A stretch of DNA of 64,000 bases from an uncultured Spirochaetota bacterium. GTDB lineage: Bacteria; Spirochaetota; Brevinematia; Brevinematales; JAOACQ01. The first letter of the stretch is position 1; each line of letters starts with the position of its first letter. A program made the translations under genes and the position numbers. The notes under the pieces were generated by a model. It did no database searches. It had not been told where the DNA came from and was given only the letters and a program-made list of their open reading frames with translations. The stretch is taken from assembly GCA_963783575.1 (NCBI GenBank), contig CAWAOD010000005.1:480001-544000 (forward strand). Reading direction: 5' to 3'. Below are positions 49,545 through 60,563 of the stretch, in pieces.

Positions 49545-52454
49545 ATGAAGAAGTTTCTTATTGTAATTATAATTATATTTATGCCTTTAATCTGCTTAAG
49601 CCAAGCGGTAAAATCAAAATCAGGCCTTTTAAATGCCTTGAGGCTTCCCGATAAAAATATACAGATTGAAAATTCAAAGATTAAGATAGTAATATCACCA
49701 AAATATGGAGGAAGAATAGTCTCAGTAATAAATAAAGCTAGCGATGAAGAAATTTTACAAGCCTTTCAAACAAACAACCCCGATGAAACCGGCGCATTTA
49801 ACGATATATTTAATCTTGCCTGGCCGGGCTGTGCCGAAGAAAATTATAATTATAAGAATATCAATCTCAGCAAGGAAGAAGACAGAATTACCCTTGAAAT
49901 GACTTATAATCTTGGAGATTCAATTAAGGAAAAAACCGGCATTATAATAAATAAAAATATTTCACTGGATTATTTTTCAACCTCTGTTCACTTGAATATT
50001 GAATGCCAGAATAATTCTTCCAAATCACTTGGCATAATGTATTGGAATCAATCAAAGGCTGCCCTGGGTAAAGATAATTACGGGGCAAAATCAATCTGGC
50101 TTCCCACAGGCAATGATGTAATTGAAATACCTTATTCTCCGAATAGCGGAAGCCATGGGAATTTACTGAAGCCGTCAAAAGGTTTTATCGGTTTAACTGC
50201 TGTTGATGCAAAATCATCAATATTATGGCTTTTTAATGCGGAATTAATAAACTCATTCGACACTTTTCATAATAATGGACAAATATCCTGCGATCTGGTA
50301 TTTAATCCTGTTACAATAGAACCTCATAAGTCCGTATCTTATGACATGGATATGGTTATACTCCCCGAAATGCGGCAGATTACCGGGGGAAACAATAAAA
50401 GCGGGTTTGCCGGAAGTTTGATACCGCAATTAAAGAATGGTAAATATTCAATTGAATGTACTATATATAAATATTCAAAAAATGACGCTTCCGCTCTTAA
50501 TTTGACGGTTGATCTGCTGGATAATTCAAATACCGTTGTTCTTCATCTTACAAACACCGATCTTGAATCCATACATCCCGAGGAAGCCACCAATATCATT
50601 ATTGTTCTGGATTCCCTTCCGAAATCAAAAACCCCTAATTTCAATTTAATGATGAAGCTATTAAGCTCAGACGGTAAAGAGCAGCTTATATCTGAAAGAA
50701 GAATTATAAATACAAATATGAATATAAATCCGGTTATGATTACAAATATGAATACGAATATAATAACGAATATTAATATAATAACAAATAAGAATAAGAA
50801 TAAAATTAAGAATATTATTACAAATATAATTATGAATACAAATATAATTACGAATAGGAATATTATTACGAATACGGATATGAATATTTCCGACAATACA
50901 AATAATCTGACAATAAATTTTATGTGGGTTTTACACCAGCCCTTGTACCCGAACATAGATGACAGCAGGAAAAATCTTGAATCTTACGCTGCAACATATA
51001 GCAATATCGCTGCAATTTATGAAAAACATCCGGGTATAAAATCCGATATTTCAATCAGCGGTGTGCTTATATATCAATTGTTACAATTTTATCCCGATCT
51101 GCTGGAAAAATTTAAAAATCTTATAAATAGTAATAAAACATTAAACTTACTGGCAACTGGCTTCAGTAATCCTCTGATGCCGTATATTTCTAAAGATGAG
51201 ATTTCTTATCAAATTAAACTTGACAGGGATCTTAAGATGCTTATGTTCGGTATTAAACCATTCGGGATATACATGCCGGAACTGGCATTTGAGAATGGTT
51301 TCTTTGAACCAATTTTAAAGAATGATATAACCTGGGGTTATTTCAGTGATCTTGCAATTAATACGGGATATAAAGGTGTCCCGGATATGGACTATTATAT
51401 GCCATCACGTGTTGTAAGCTCCGGTTTCGGAATGAACGCGCTCATACGCAATGACAAAGCGGCTAATATATTAATGAAGGGCACGGATCAGGCAATTGAT
51501 GAGTTTATAAAGTACTTAATTGATATTCAAAGCGGTAATAAGGAAGGGAAAAAAGTACTGGTAGTGGCAAATAACGCAGAATTATTCGGCACTTCAGATT
51601 TTATGGACAGGTTATTTACAAGACTGGAAAAAATAAAATGGTTGAAATTCAGCCAGGGAGATGATATTTTCAGAAATGTTATTCCTTCGCAAACATTTCT
51701 TGCTGAAAAAGTTGATGGAAGCTGGTATTATGATTTTGAAAATAAAGGCACCGGTTTTAGGCCCTGGACCGACACGCCTGAAAAAATGAGTATACTTAAT
51801 GATATAACCGATGCTGAAGCAATGTTTATGAGAAACAATGAAAAAATCCAGCTTGCTAAAGACAATTATACTGAATTGGATTTCTCATATCCCAAAAACA
51901 TTTTTGAAGACGGGCAGATAAGCCTGATAATAGCTGAACAATCCGATTGGCTGAAAAGCGGAGAAGAAAAAAAAATTAAGATAGCTTCAACTGAATTATC
52001 CAACGCAAGATTATTCACTTCAGGGATATATGATAGCTTAATAAATATCATTAAAAAAAATAAGATGACTTTGCCTTCTGTCAAAGATATAGGAAAGAAG
52101 ATGGATCCCAATGAAGCTGATAGAATAAGGAATAAAGCGCCTGCAGGTAAATTTCAGATTTGGGAAAAAACTGTTGAACCGCCGGTTCTAACTTCCATTT
52201 CATCGGTTAATATACGATTCCGAATTTTTGATAAGATAAACGGCATTGATTATAATAATGTTTACATTATTTTTAATATCAACGACTCGGAAGAATATTA
52301 TCAGGTTAAAGCCAAATTGGTCTTTGATGGTTCAATGAAAGCAAATCTGGGCAATTCAAAGATTGGTGATGAAATTATTTACTATATCTATGCTAAAGAT
52401 AAGAAAGGTAATGAATCTATTTCAGAAAAAAGCAGTTTTATGATAGAAAAGTAA
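49545..52454 (+). CDS. Exported multidomain GH57-like protein (N-terminal mutarotase-like beta-sandwich, Ile/Thr/Asn linker)
   Basis: IENSKIKIVISPKYGGRIVS N-terminal domain; WVLHQP, GIYMPELAF and AEQSDW GH57 regions. Confidence 0.7.
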   Translation: MKKFLIVIIIIFMPLICLSQAVKSKSGLLNALRLPDKNIQIENSKIKIVISPKYGGRIVSVINKASDEEILQAFQTNNPDETGAFNDIFNLAWPGCAEENYNYKNINLSKEEDRITLEMTYNLGDSIKEKTGIIINKNISLDYFSTSVHLNIECQNNSSKSLGIMYWNQSKAALGKDNYGAKSIWLPTGNDVIEIPYSPNSGSHGNLLKPSKGFIGLTAVDAKSSILWLFNAELINSFDTFHNNGQISCDLVFNPVTIEPHKSVSYDMDMVILPEMRQITGGNNKSGFAGSLIPQLKNGKYSIECTIYKYSKNDASALNLTVDLLDNSNTVVLHLTNTDLESIHPEEATNIIIVLDSLPKSKTPNFNLMMKLLSSDGKEQLISERRIINTNMNINPVMITNMNTNIITNINIITNKNKNKIKNIITNIIMNTNIITNRNIITNTDMNISDNTNNLTINFMWVLHQPLYPNIDDSRKNLESYAATYSNIAAIYEKHPGIKSDISISGVLIYQLLQFYPDLLEKFKNLINSNKTLNLLATGFSNPLMPYISKDEISYQIKLDRDLKMLMFGIKPFGIYMPELAFENGFFEPILKNDITWGYFSDLAINTGYKGVPDMDYYMPSRVVSSGFGMNALIRNDKAANILMKGTDQAIDEFIKYLIDIQSGNKEGKKVLVVANNAELFGTSDFMDRLFTRLEKIKWLKFSQGDDIFRNVIPSQTFLAEKVDGSWYYDFENKGTGFRPWTDTPEKMSILNDITDAEAMFMRNNEKIQLAKDNYTELDFSYPKNIFEDGQISLIIAEQSDWLKSGEEKKIKIASTELSNARLFTSGIYDSLINIIKKNKMTLPSVKDIGKKMDPNEADRIRNKAPAGKFQIWEKTVEPPVLTSISSVNIRFRIFDKINGIDYNNVYIIFNINDSEEYYQVKAKLVFDGSMKANLGNSKIGDEIIYYIYAKDKKGNESISEKSSFMIEK
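50704..50907 (+). repeat. Low-complexity coding repeat (Ile/Thr/Asn, NIITN-like units)
   Basis: INTNMNINPVMITNMNTNIITNINIITNKNKNKIKNIITNIIMNTNIITNRNIITNTDMNISDNTNN. Confidence 0.85.
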
Positions 52455-52465
52455 TTTATTATCCA

Positions 52466-52494
52466 TTGACAAATTTTTGATTCTGATTTAGAGT
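52466..52494 (+). promoter_or_regulatory. sigma70-like promoter
   Basis: TTGACA-17-TAGAGT upstream of the XRE-cupin gene. Confidence 0.5.
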
Positions 52495-52529
52495 AATGCG
52501 GAAGTTTTTTAATAATATGGAGGTTTTTA

Positions 52530-53087
52530 ATGGCAGATAATTTAAAGCAGATCGCTCAAAGGATTAAGGAATTGCGTGATATCAATGGTGTTTCAATTGA
52601 AACGCTTTCAAGTGAATTCAACATTCCCATAGAACTTTATAAAAAGTATGAAAGCGGAAACGTTGACATTCCTATTGGTTTTTTATATCAGCTTTCCAAC
52701 CATTTTGATATAGAGCTGACAGCCCTAATCACAGGTGAAGAACCGAGGCTTCGTGTTTACAGTGTAGTCAGAAAAAACAAGGGTCTATCGGTCGAAAGAA
52801 GAAAAGAATATAAATATCAGGATCTGGCATACAATTTTATCAATAAAAAAGCTGAAACATTTTTAGTTACTGTTGATCCCAAGGATGTTTCCGGTTCAAA
52901 AAACTATTATTCTCATAACGGGCAAGAGTTTAATTTTGTCATAGAAGGATCATTAAAGGTTATGATTGAGGATCATGAAGTTATTCTGAAAGAGGGTGAT
53001 TCTCTTTATTTTGATTCAACACATAAGCATGCAATGGCGGCTTTAAATGATAAAACAGCAAGATTTATTGCAATAATAATAAAATAA
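52530..53087 (+). CDS. XRE-family HTH + cupin transcriptional regulator
   Basis: RIKELR...YESGNVDIP HTH; HNGQEFNFVIEG...GDSLYFDSTHKH cupin. Confidence 0.9.
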   Translation: MADNLKQIAQRIKELRDINGVSIETLSSEFNIPIELYKKYESGNVDIPIGFLYQLSNHFDIELTALITGEEPRLRVYSVVRKNKGLSVERRKEYKYQDLAYNFINKKAETFLVTVDPKDVSGSKNYYSHNGQEFNFVIEGSLKVMIEDHEVILKEGDSLYFDSTHKHAMAALNDKTARFIAIIIK

Positions 53088-53102
53088 TGGAGAGGTGCGG
53101 TT

Positions 53103-54754
53103 ATGTTACAAAAATATGTTAAGGATAATTTTAATTCTTATGATGATTTTATTAAGAACTTATCAATAAAAGTTCCGGATAATTTCAATTTTGCATATGA
53201 TATTGTCGATGCCTGGGCCGATAAGGAACCGGATAAAAAAGCTCTTGTATGGTGCGATGATAGTGGAAGAAACGCTGAATTCACTTTTAAAGATATAAAA
53301 ATATTCAGTAATAAGGCCGCGAATTTCTTCAAATCGCTTGGTATAAAAAAGGGCGATCCGGTTATGCTGATTCTGAAAAGACATTATGAATTCTGGTTTT
53401 GTATAATTGCACTGCATAAAATTGGAGCAGTCTGTATTCCGGCGACACACCTTTTGACAAAAAAAGATTTGATATACAGAAATAATGCTGCAGATATTAA
53501 AATGATAGTTTCCGTTTCAGAAAAAGATGTTCTTGATAAGATCGATGAATCACAAGGATCTTCACCGACATTAAAATTGAAAGTTGTTGTCGGTACAAAG
53601 AGGGACGGCTGGCATAATTTTGAAGATGGTATTGAAAAAGCTCCGGATAAATTTGAAAGGCCCGCCGGGATGGAATCAACTGTTAACAGCGATATGATGC
53701 TTCTGTATTTTACTTCCGGGACGACAGGGATGCCGAAAATGGTGCAACATAATTATACATATCCTCTTGGACATATTATTACTTCAAGATTCTGGCAAAA
53801 TATTAAGGAAAACGGACTTCACCTGACTGTGTCCGATACTGGCTGGGCTAAAGCTGTCTGGGGAAAGCTTTACGGACAATGGATCTGCGGGTGCGCTATT
53901 TTTGTTTATGATTATGATAAATTTATACCAAAAGATTTACTTAATGTTATTTCAAAATATGAAGTAACATCTTTCTGTGCGCCGCCGACTATTTACCGTT
54001 ATTTAATTAAAGAGGATCTTACCAAATATAATTTTAAGGCGTTAAAATACTGTAGTGTCGCAGGCGAACCGCTGAATCCGGAAGTATACAGCCAGTTTTT
54101 AAAATTAACCGGTATAAAATTAATGGAGGGATACGGTCAGACAGAAGCTGTTGTGATGGTTGCAACTTTTCCTGGATGACGCCGAAACCCGGTTCGATGG
54201 GAAAACCTTCTCCGGGATATGATATTGATATTGTCAATGAAGATGCAAAAACCTGTGAAATTGGTGAGGAAGGGCAGATAGTAATCCGGACGAATAAGGC
54301 AAAACCGTGCGGTATGTTTGACGGTTATTACAGGGACAAAGCGCTTACCAGTAAAGTTTGGCATGACGGATTGTATTACACCGGAGATATGGCCTGGAGG
54401 GATGAAGACGGCTATTTCTGGTTTGTCGGAAGGGCTGATGACGTTATTAAAAGTTCAGGCTACAGAATAGGTCCATTTGAAGTAGAAAGCGCACTGCTTG
54501 AACATCCGGCGGTTCTTGAATGTGCTATTACGGCAGTACCTGATCCGGATCGCGGCCAGGTAGTAAAAGCAACCGTTGTTTTATCCAAAGGTTATACTGC
54601 CAGCGATGATTTAAAGACAGAACTTCAGGAGCATGTTAAAACAGTGACTGCGCCTTATAAATATCCAAGGATAATAGAATTTATTAATGAACTTCCGAAA
54701 ACAATCAGCGGTAAAATCCGCAGGGTCGAGATCAGAGAAAAAGACGGAGAGTAA
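53103..54754 (+). CDS. Acyl-CoA synthetase (AMP-forming), split by frameshift at ~54173
   Basis: [41 protein letters not shown] and [11 protein letters not shown]; restoring one C gives [12 protein letters not shown]. Confidence 0.9.
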
Positions 54755-54780
54755 AATAATTCAAGCTTATCTTATAAAAG

Positions 54781-54805
54781 GGGCTGTTCTGTAATAGGAT
54801 CAGCC
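54781..54805. terminator. Probable bidirectional terminator
   Basis: GGGCTG...CAGCCC stem with A/T runs on both sides, between convergent genes. Confidence 0.5.
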
Positions 54806-55894
54806 CATTTTTTTTAAAATAAAATCGGCAATCTTTTTTTCCGGGCATTCATGAAAATTAAATGATTTCAATTTTTGTATATTATTTGACATGCTTTCAT
54901 GATTTATTATAATAAAATCTATGGTTTTTATAAGATTCTGTTTATTCAAATCATCTTCTTCTATAATAAAACCTGCATTTTCATCTGATAAAAACCTTGC
55001 GTTTAAATATTGATGGTCATCGGGAGAATTTTTTATTGGTACCATTATCGCGATGATCTCAAATTTAATGAATTCAGATATAGAAGTTGCTCCTGCACGG
55101 GAAATGATCAGATCAACTGCGGAATAAAAATAATCCATTTTTTCAATAAATTGAAATAACTTAACATTTTGATATAATTCAGATATTTCTTTTATTTTTC
55201 CGTTTTCTTCCATTCTTTTATAATCAACGGAACCGAGACTCCAGAGTACACCAGTATTATTTTCAATAAACCAGGGCAGTAATTCTAAAATTATATTGTT
55301 GATTACCTTTGATCCCTGGCTGCCGCCAATTATCCCAATAATATTTTCATAATTATCGATATTGAAATATCTTCGCGCTTTTTTTTTATCTAATTTCTCA
55401 TTGAATATTGAAGGATTCCCGGTTAAAACAGCTTTATTATCCGGGATTTTTTTTGTTATTGGAAATGCCGTAAAAACTTTCTCTGCGAATCGTGCATAAA
55501 AACGGTTAGTTATCCCTGAAACACTATTTTGTTCAACAATATAAAGCGGTTTTCCAAGAAGAATTGATGAAAGGGCGATTGGGTTCGAAATGTAGCCGCC
55601 TGTGATTATTGTTACATCTGGATTAAAATCCTTTATTATCTTGAAAACCTTAAAGAATGACAATAGTATTTTTACCAAATAGAAAGGTGTTTTAAAAGAT
55701 ATTTTTCTGGAAATATTCTTTACATCAAGGAGAACTCTATCAGTTTCTTCAACATTTGAAGTTACAGGATATTTAAGATCGAAAGTGCTCATAACATAGT
55801 GTGTTTGAATATCCCTGTTTTTTAGTTCTTTATAAATTGCAATACCCGGAATCAAGTGTCCACCGGTTCTTCCACCGCTTACAATAATTTTCAT
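54800..55894 (-). CDS. murG: Peptidoglycan N-acetylglucosaminyltransferase MurG
   Basis: SGGRTGGHLIPG, TGGY, EQNS, TGNP, GGSQGS, SRAGATSISE and HQYLNA motifs. Confidence 0.92.
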   Translation of the reverse strand: MKIIVSGGRTGGHLIPGIAIYKELKNRDIQTHYVMSTFDLKYPVTSNVEETDRVLLDVKNISRKISFKTPFYLVKILLSFFKVFKIIKDFNPDVTIITGGYISNPIALSSILLGKPLYIVEQNSVSGITNRFYARFAEKVFTAFPITKKIPDNKAVLTGNPSIFNEKLDKKKARRYFNIDNYENIIGIIGGSQGSKVINNIILELLPWFIENNTGVLWSLGSVDYKRMEENGKIKEISELYQNVKLFQFIEKMDYFYSAVDLIISRAGATSISEFIKFEIIAIMVPIKNSPDDHQYLNARFLSDENAGFIIEEDDLNKQNLIKTIDFIIINHESMSNNIQKLKSFNFHECPEKKIADFILKKMG

Positions 55895-55907
55895 TACCCG
55901 ATCCTAA

Positions 55908-56951
55908 TTAGAAAGAAACCGGTTCAATAAATCGCTTGTTTTTATTTAATTCTCTTTTTTTTTCATCCCAATTTTTGACCGCATCAATCATCCGCATCGT
56001 CTCAACACCATCCGCAAGGGTTACTTTTGGTTTTTTTATACCCCGGATAGCCTGAGCGAAGTCTTCAAATTCTTTAAGATAAGATTCATATCCTGAGAAA
56101 AGTTGTTCAAGGAAAAATTTTTCTCTCCTTTTCTCAATAATTTTGCCTTTATTATCAACAGCTTTTATCCAATGAGGTGTTTTTTGAGGATCAAGATAAA
56201 TAATTCCCTTGGTTCCTATAACTCTCATTTTCCATGAAAAAATCATATGCCTCCAGCTAGCTCTTATTTCGCTTTCTACTCCAACATCGGAATGTCCCCT
56301 GACAATGACTTTATCCGGGACTGTTTTGTTTCCCTTTTCCAGTATTATCTCCCTTATTGAATGAAAATTTCCTCCGAACATTCCTGCGGTATAAACCAGA
56401 TGTGCGAAATGATCGTATAAAACCCCGCCGGAATAAGAATCAAACTGATGTTTTGATACATTATTCCACAAATAGATATTAATATCAAAATGATTTTGAA
56501 TTTTTTGAATCTCTCCGATTTTTCCCGATCTAACGATATCAAGCGCCCATTCAAGGCAGGGTGAATAAGCATAATTATGAGCGGGCAGCACAATAAGATT
56601 TCCGGCATTTTTCTCGATATCAAGCGCTTCTTTATAATTTGATGTCAAAGGCTTTTCACAAAGTACATGCTTCCCGGCAACGAATGCTTTAAGCATCATT
56701 TTGTGGTGCAAATGGGGTGGAGTCGCAATGTATAAAGCTTCAACTTCATCATCTTTTAAAAGAGCGTCATAGTCGCTGTAAATTTTATCAACTTTAACCG
56801 TTTTTTTAAACATTTTGAGTCTTTTTTCATTATTGTCACAAATTGCTAATAGTTTTATACCTTTTGCTTTTTTAAGAGCAGTAAGAGAAAACATAGATAC
56901 CAATTTACCACATCCGACAATTGCAAGCTTAATATCCTGGTTGTTGGTCAT
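55908..56951 (-). CDS. Gfo/Idh/MocA-family oxidoreductase
   Basis: AIVGCG, YIATPPHLH, GKHVLCEKP and GGVLYDHFAH motifs. Confidence 0.9.
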   Translation of the reverse strand: MTNNQDIKLAIVGCGKLVSMFSLTALKKAKGIKLLAICDNNEKRLKMFKKTVKVDKIYSDYDALLKDDEVEALYIATPPHLHHKMMLKAFVAGKHVLCEKPLTSNYKEALDIEKNAGNLIVLPAHNYAYSPCLEWALDIVRSGKIGEIQKIQNHFDINIYLWNNVSKHQFDSYSGGVLYDHFAHLVYTAGMFGGNFHSIREIILEKGNKTVPDKVIVRGHSDVGVESEIRASWRHMIFSWKMRVIGTKGIIYLDPQKTPHWIKAVDNKGKIIEKRREKFFLEQLFSGYESYLKEFEDFAQAIRGIKKPKVTLADGVETMRMIDAVKNWDEKKRELNKNKRFIEPVSF

Positions 56952-57112
56952 AATAAAAATCTCCTTTACATGATGCTAATATCATAATGCAAAAATAAAA
57001 TATGTCAAATACTCGTATGGGTTTGACAAGTTTACATCAGGTTTGACAGGGAAATCCAATGGTTCCTCTATTGCATGGATAATAACAAACGGCTGAATAG
57101 CCAAAATATATT

Positions 57113-59203
57113 TTATAAAGTCAATTTTATCATATTTAGATGCTGAAATCTAAAAGCTTTAGTAAAAGTTTGATTTACAGATAAACCTTCAAGATTATCT
57201 GGAATTTTTACATAAACTATAGATTTTCTTTTCGGATTAGCCACAGTTTTGATTTCAACATTATCCTTATTAATTTTAAAGACTTCAACATCACAGCCGG
57301 GGAAAATATGTCCCGTACTACCCGCTATCTCATAGTCATTTCCGGTTATAACCGATAGACACTTTGATTCATACGGTTTTAAATTTAAAATTTCAGTATG
57401 AAGATAAAATTTATCTTCCGCTCCATTATAATATATTCCCTCAGGCAATTGGATATTAATTTTATTTCGACCCAGATTTACTATAGCATAATATTTTTTA
57501 TTTTCAATTTCAAATGACATTTTATAAATATTCTGATATGGATTAACTCCACTTATTATCTGCAAAAGAGATTCTTTATTCTTCCATCGATAGACAGAAT
57601 CATCCTGGATAACCGATATGAAATTTTTTTCTTTTAGCGGAAATTGGGATAAATATAAATCCATTTCCTTATTATTATAATCATCAATATCATCCGATGT
57701 AAAAATTATTCCACCGAAAATTATGTTGATGAGAAATAACGTATGTCTTTGTTCTTCGTTCATAGAATTATTTGTATGCCTTATAATAATTGCATCGGGG
57801 TCATTTAAAAAAACATTTCCGTTCAACTGCCTTCTATTAATGGAACAGATCAAGGTATTGATAGTTGAAACTCTTTCTCGGTAATGGATAATTGTAGCAT
57901 CATTGTATTCCCAATCAAGGCTGACATCATTACCGATTCTGCAGTAATCCACCATTCCGAATGCCGGCCCGAGAGGAACACCGCAACCTAGTGTCAACCT
58001 ATTACCGCATATATCCTTTAAAAATTCCATAGCCTCTGTCATTATCTGTCCCCTTGTTTTATCTTCCCTGGGTAGAAGACAGACGGCATAAAGAAAATCC
58101 AGCTTAACAAGATCATAACCCCAATTGTTTATAACTGTTTGTAATACTTTTTTTAAATAATCACGAAATTCCAAATTATAGAAATCAAGAGCATAAAAAT
58201 CACCGCTCCACTTGTCGTTCATTCCTGCTAATACAGGTTTTCCGAGCCGGTCTTTCAACAGCCATTCCTTATGGTTTTTAAAAAGGTCTGATTTTTGCTC
58301 ACAAATGAAAGGAGCCAGCCATAATCCTGATTTATAGCCTGATTTTTTTATAATATCCGATAGATATTTCATACCTTTTGGGAATTTTTGACTGATAATT
58401 AGCCAGTCGCCTACAGATTCCTGATATCCGTCATCAATCTGGAAAATATCAATTGGGATATTTCTTTGTATGTAAGCATTAAGATTTTTCAAGATTATTT
58501 CTTCGGTTATTTTTGTAAAATGATTATACCAGCTAGTCCATCCTGATGAAGTTTTAACTGTAGGTTTTTTTATATTAAGAGCCATAAAATATTCTTTAAA
58601 AACATCGTTTTCACTGCCTTCGGTAATCAGAAGCTGAAAAGCTTTATATTCACGATTTATGCAAAGTCCTTTGCAATCTTTATGGATTGTCAGGATTTTA
58701 TTTAATATATCATATTGAAACTTAGTAAAACCTTTTTTTTCACTTAAAGAGCCAAGTAATGTGAAATGGCCACTCTCATTTCTAATATAAGTATATGTAA
58801 AAGAATGGAAGACGCCTTTTTTCTTTTTGTAGGTATGAAAATGATAGTCCCCGAATTTTGGAAGATGAAATTTATTATAGAGCGGCTTAAGGATTCTGGA
58901 TAAACCTGGAATCGTTTCATCGATTCTGAATTCCCGGCTGTCAGTCCAGCTCTGGTATCCGTTTAAAAATATCTTATCCGTATTATTTAAATCAATCTCA
59001 GATGATAGATAAAGATTTTGAATTATTATATTATTTTCAGGAATGATTGTTATTGTTATGGTATCCGTCTGATTTTTCCTTTCAGTTTCAGATTTAACTG
59101 TTATTCCATCATTCTTTGAAATGCCATCCAGGAGAAAATAAAATTCAAAATTTTTGCTGTTAAAATTATACAGAATTCTGCCTTGCATTTTTTTCATTAA
59201 CAT
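57113..59203 (-). CDS. Alpha-galactosidase (GH36-like)
   Basis: NGYQSW, GWTSWY, FQIDDGYQ, GLWLAPF, LVKLDFLY, CRIGNDV and NDPD motifs. Confidence 0.85.
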   Translation of the reverse strand: MLMKKMQGRILYNFNSKNFEFYFLLDGISKNDGITVKSETERKNQTDTITITIIPENNIIIQNLYLSSEIDLNNTDKIFLNGYQSWTDSREFRIDETIPGLSRILKPLYNKFHLPKFGDYHFHTYKKKKGVFHSFTYTYIRNESGHFTLLGSLSEKKGFTKFQYDILNKILTIHKDCKGLCINREYKAFQLLITEGSENDVFKEYFMALNIKKPTVKTSSGWTSWYNHFTKITEEIILKNLNAYIQRNIPIDIFQIDDGYQESVGDWLIISQKFPKGMKYLSDIIKKSGYKSGLWLAPFICEQKSDLFKNHKEWLLKDRLGKPVLAGMNDKWSGDFYALDFYNLEFRDYLKKVLQTVINNWGYDLVKLDFLYAVCLLPREDKTRGQIMTEAMEFLKDICGNRLTLGCGVPLGPAFGMVDYCRIGNDVSLDWEYNDATIIHYRERVSTINTLICSINRRQLNGNVFLNDPDAIIIRHTNNSMNEEQRHTLFLINIIFGGIIFTSDDIDDYNNKEMDLYLSQFPLKEKNFISVIQDDSVYRWKNKESLLQIISGVNPYQNIYKMSFEIENKKYYAIVNLGRNKINIQLPEGIYYNGAEDKFYLHTEILNLKPYESKCLSVITGNDYEIAGSTGHIFPGCDVEVFKINKDNVEIKTVANPKRKSIVYVKIPDNLEGLSVNQTFTKAFRFQHLNMIKLTL

Positions 59204-59409
59204 TATCCTCTGTTTATATTATTAAATAATGAAATATTTTTAACATATATTGATGGTATTTAATTTATTATTATAAAATATTAATAGAATACTGGCAAAT
59301 TTCTAAATGATTGATTAACGATTGTATATTTAATATCATTGTTTTTCAATAAATAATGATATTTAAAATTAAGAATTTTCAAAATAATAGAATGGTGATG
59401 ATTGCTATA

Positions 59410-60468
59410 TTAATGGGGAGGCTTGGTTGATTCGCGGACAATCAGTTTGGTAGGCAGCAGCTTTGTTAATAAGTCGAATTCTTCATTATTAATTGATTTG
59501 ATGATATATTTTACACATTGTGAGGCCAATTCTCCCAGAGGTGATTTAACAGTAGTTAATGAAGGATGAATCCTCAGGCATAAATCAAGATCGTCGAAAC
59601 CTACAATACTTACCTCTTCCGGTACATTTATACCCTTCTCGTTCAATCCTTTTAATACTCCGAAAGCGATTGAATCATCGCCGCAAACAAAAGCAGTCGG
59701 ACGTTTTGGCAAAGCTAAAAAATGTTCAATGCTGGAGTAACCAGATTCAAACACATAACTGCCTTCGTAAACAAAATCGTTATTAACAGGTATGTTATTA
59801 TCTATTAATGCCTTTTTATACCCCTCCAGTTTATCATAGCCTATATCGTAATCCAGAGTTCCTGTAACATATGCAATATCCCTGTGTCCAGTTTCTATAA
59901 GATATTTAACTGCTTTATATGTTCCATAGAAATTGTCGATTAATACTGCAGGGATATGTTCGTATTTAATATGATTGTCAATCAAAACCATGGGCATAAA
60001 CCGGCTGATTTCCTTTAACACATGCTTATTTTCCGGGAAGCAGGTCGCTATTATACCGTCAACATTTCTTTCATCTTTCAGATTAACAATATTCTCAATA
60101 TTTGTTAACAGGATTATATGATATCCGTTTTTGTTGATTTCTTCACCGAGCTTTTTTAGGATTAATGAATAATATGGACTTGAGATGCCATCCGTTATCC
60201 TTTCGGCCAGATAAAAACCTATATTAAAGGTTTTTTTGTACCGCTGCCTAGGTTCGACTACAAAGGTTCCCTCTCTTTCGACATTACGGAGATATCCTTC
60301 GTTAACAAGTTCTTTAATAGCCTTACGCAGCGTCATGTATGATAAACCGAATTCCTTTGACAGAGCCCTGCCGCCCGGTAATTTTCCTTTGATTTTATTA
60401 TTCAGTATCATATCTTTTAATTCATTTTTAGCGCGAAGATATTTTATATTTCCGTCAGTTTGATCCAT
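59410..60468 (-). CDS. GntR-HTH / LacI-type sugar-binding regulator (AraR-like)
   Basis: KLPGGRALSKEFGLSYMTLRKAI...GTFV; VPEEVSIVGFDD...PSLTTV...LIVREST. Confidence 0.9.
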   Translation of the reverse strand: MDQTDGNIKYLRAKNELKDMILNNKIKGKLPGGRALSKEFGLSYMTLRKAIKELVNEGYLRNVEREGTFVVEPRQRYKKTFNIGFYLAERITDGISSPYYSLILKKLGEEINKNGYHIILLTNIENIVNLKDERNVDGIIATCFPENKHVLKEISRFMPMVLIDNHIKYEHIPAVLIDNFYGTYKAVKYLIETGHRDIAYVTGTLDYDIGYDKLEGYKKALIDNNIPVNNDFVYEGSYVFESGYSSIEHFLALPKRPTAFVCGDDSIAFGVLKGLNEKGINVPEEVSIVGFDDLDLCLRIHPSLTTVKSPLGELASQCVKYIIKSINNEEFDLLTKLLPTKLIVRESTKPPH

Positions 60469-60563
60469 TTCCGCCCCTTAAGCACTTACTTAACTTATTA
60501 TATATCAATACAATATTATTTTCAATATTTATTCCGTCTTGTTGCTTCTCTAAGAAATCCATT

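Noticed and set aside
50543..50956. Hydrophobic 137-aa antisense ORF resembling a membrane protein
   Set aside because: It is the reverse complement of the Ile/Thr/Asn repeat in the GH57-like gene.
53103..54754. Programmed frameshifting or a genuine two-subunit acyl-CoA synthetase
   Set aside because: No slippery heptamer; the break falls mid-domain and matches the single-base deletion pattern seen in other genes.
57001..57060. GGTTTGACA direct repeats upstream of the oxidoreductase
   Set aside because: Only two short copies; cannot be distinguished from chance or promoter elements.
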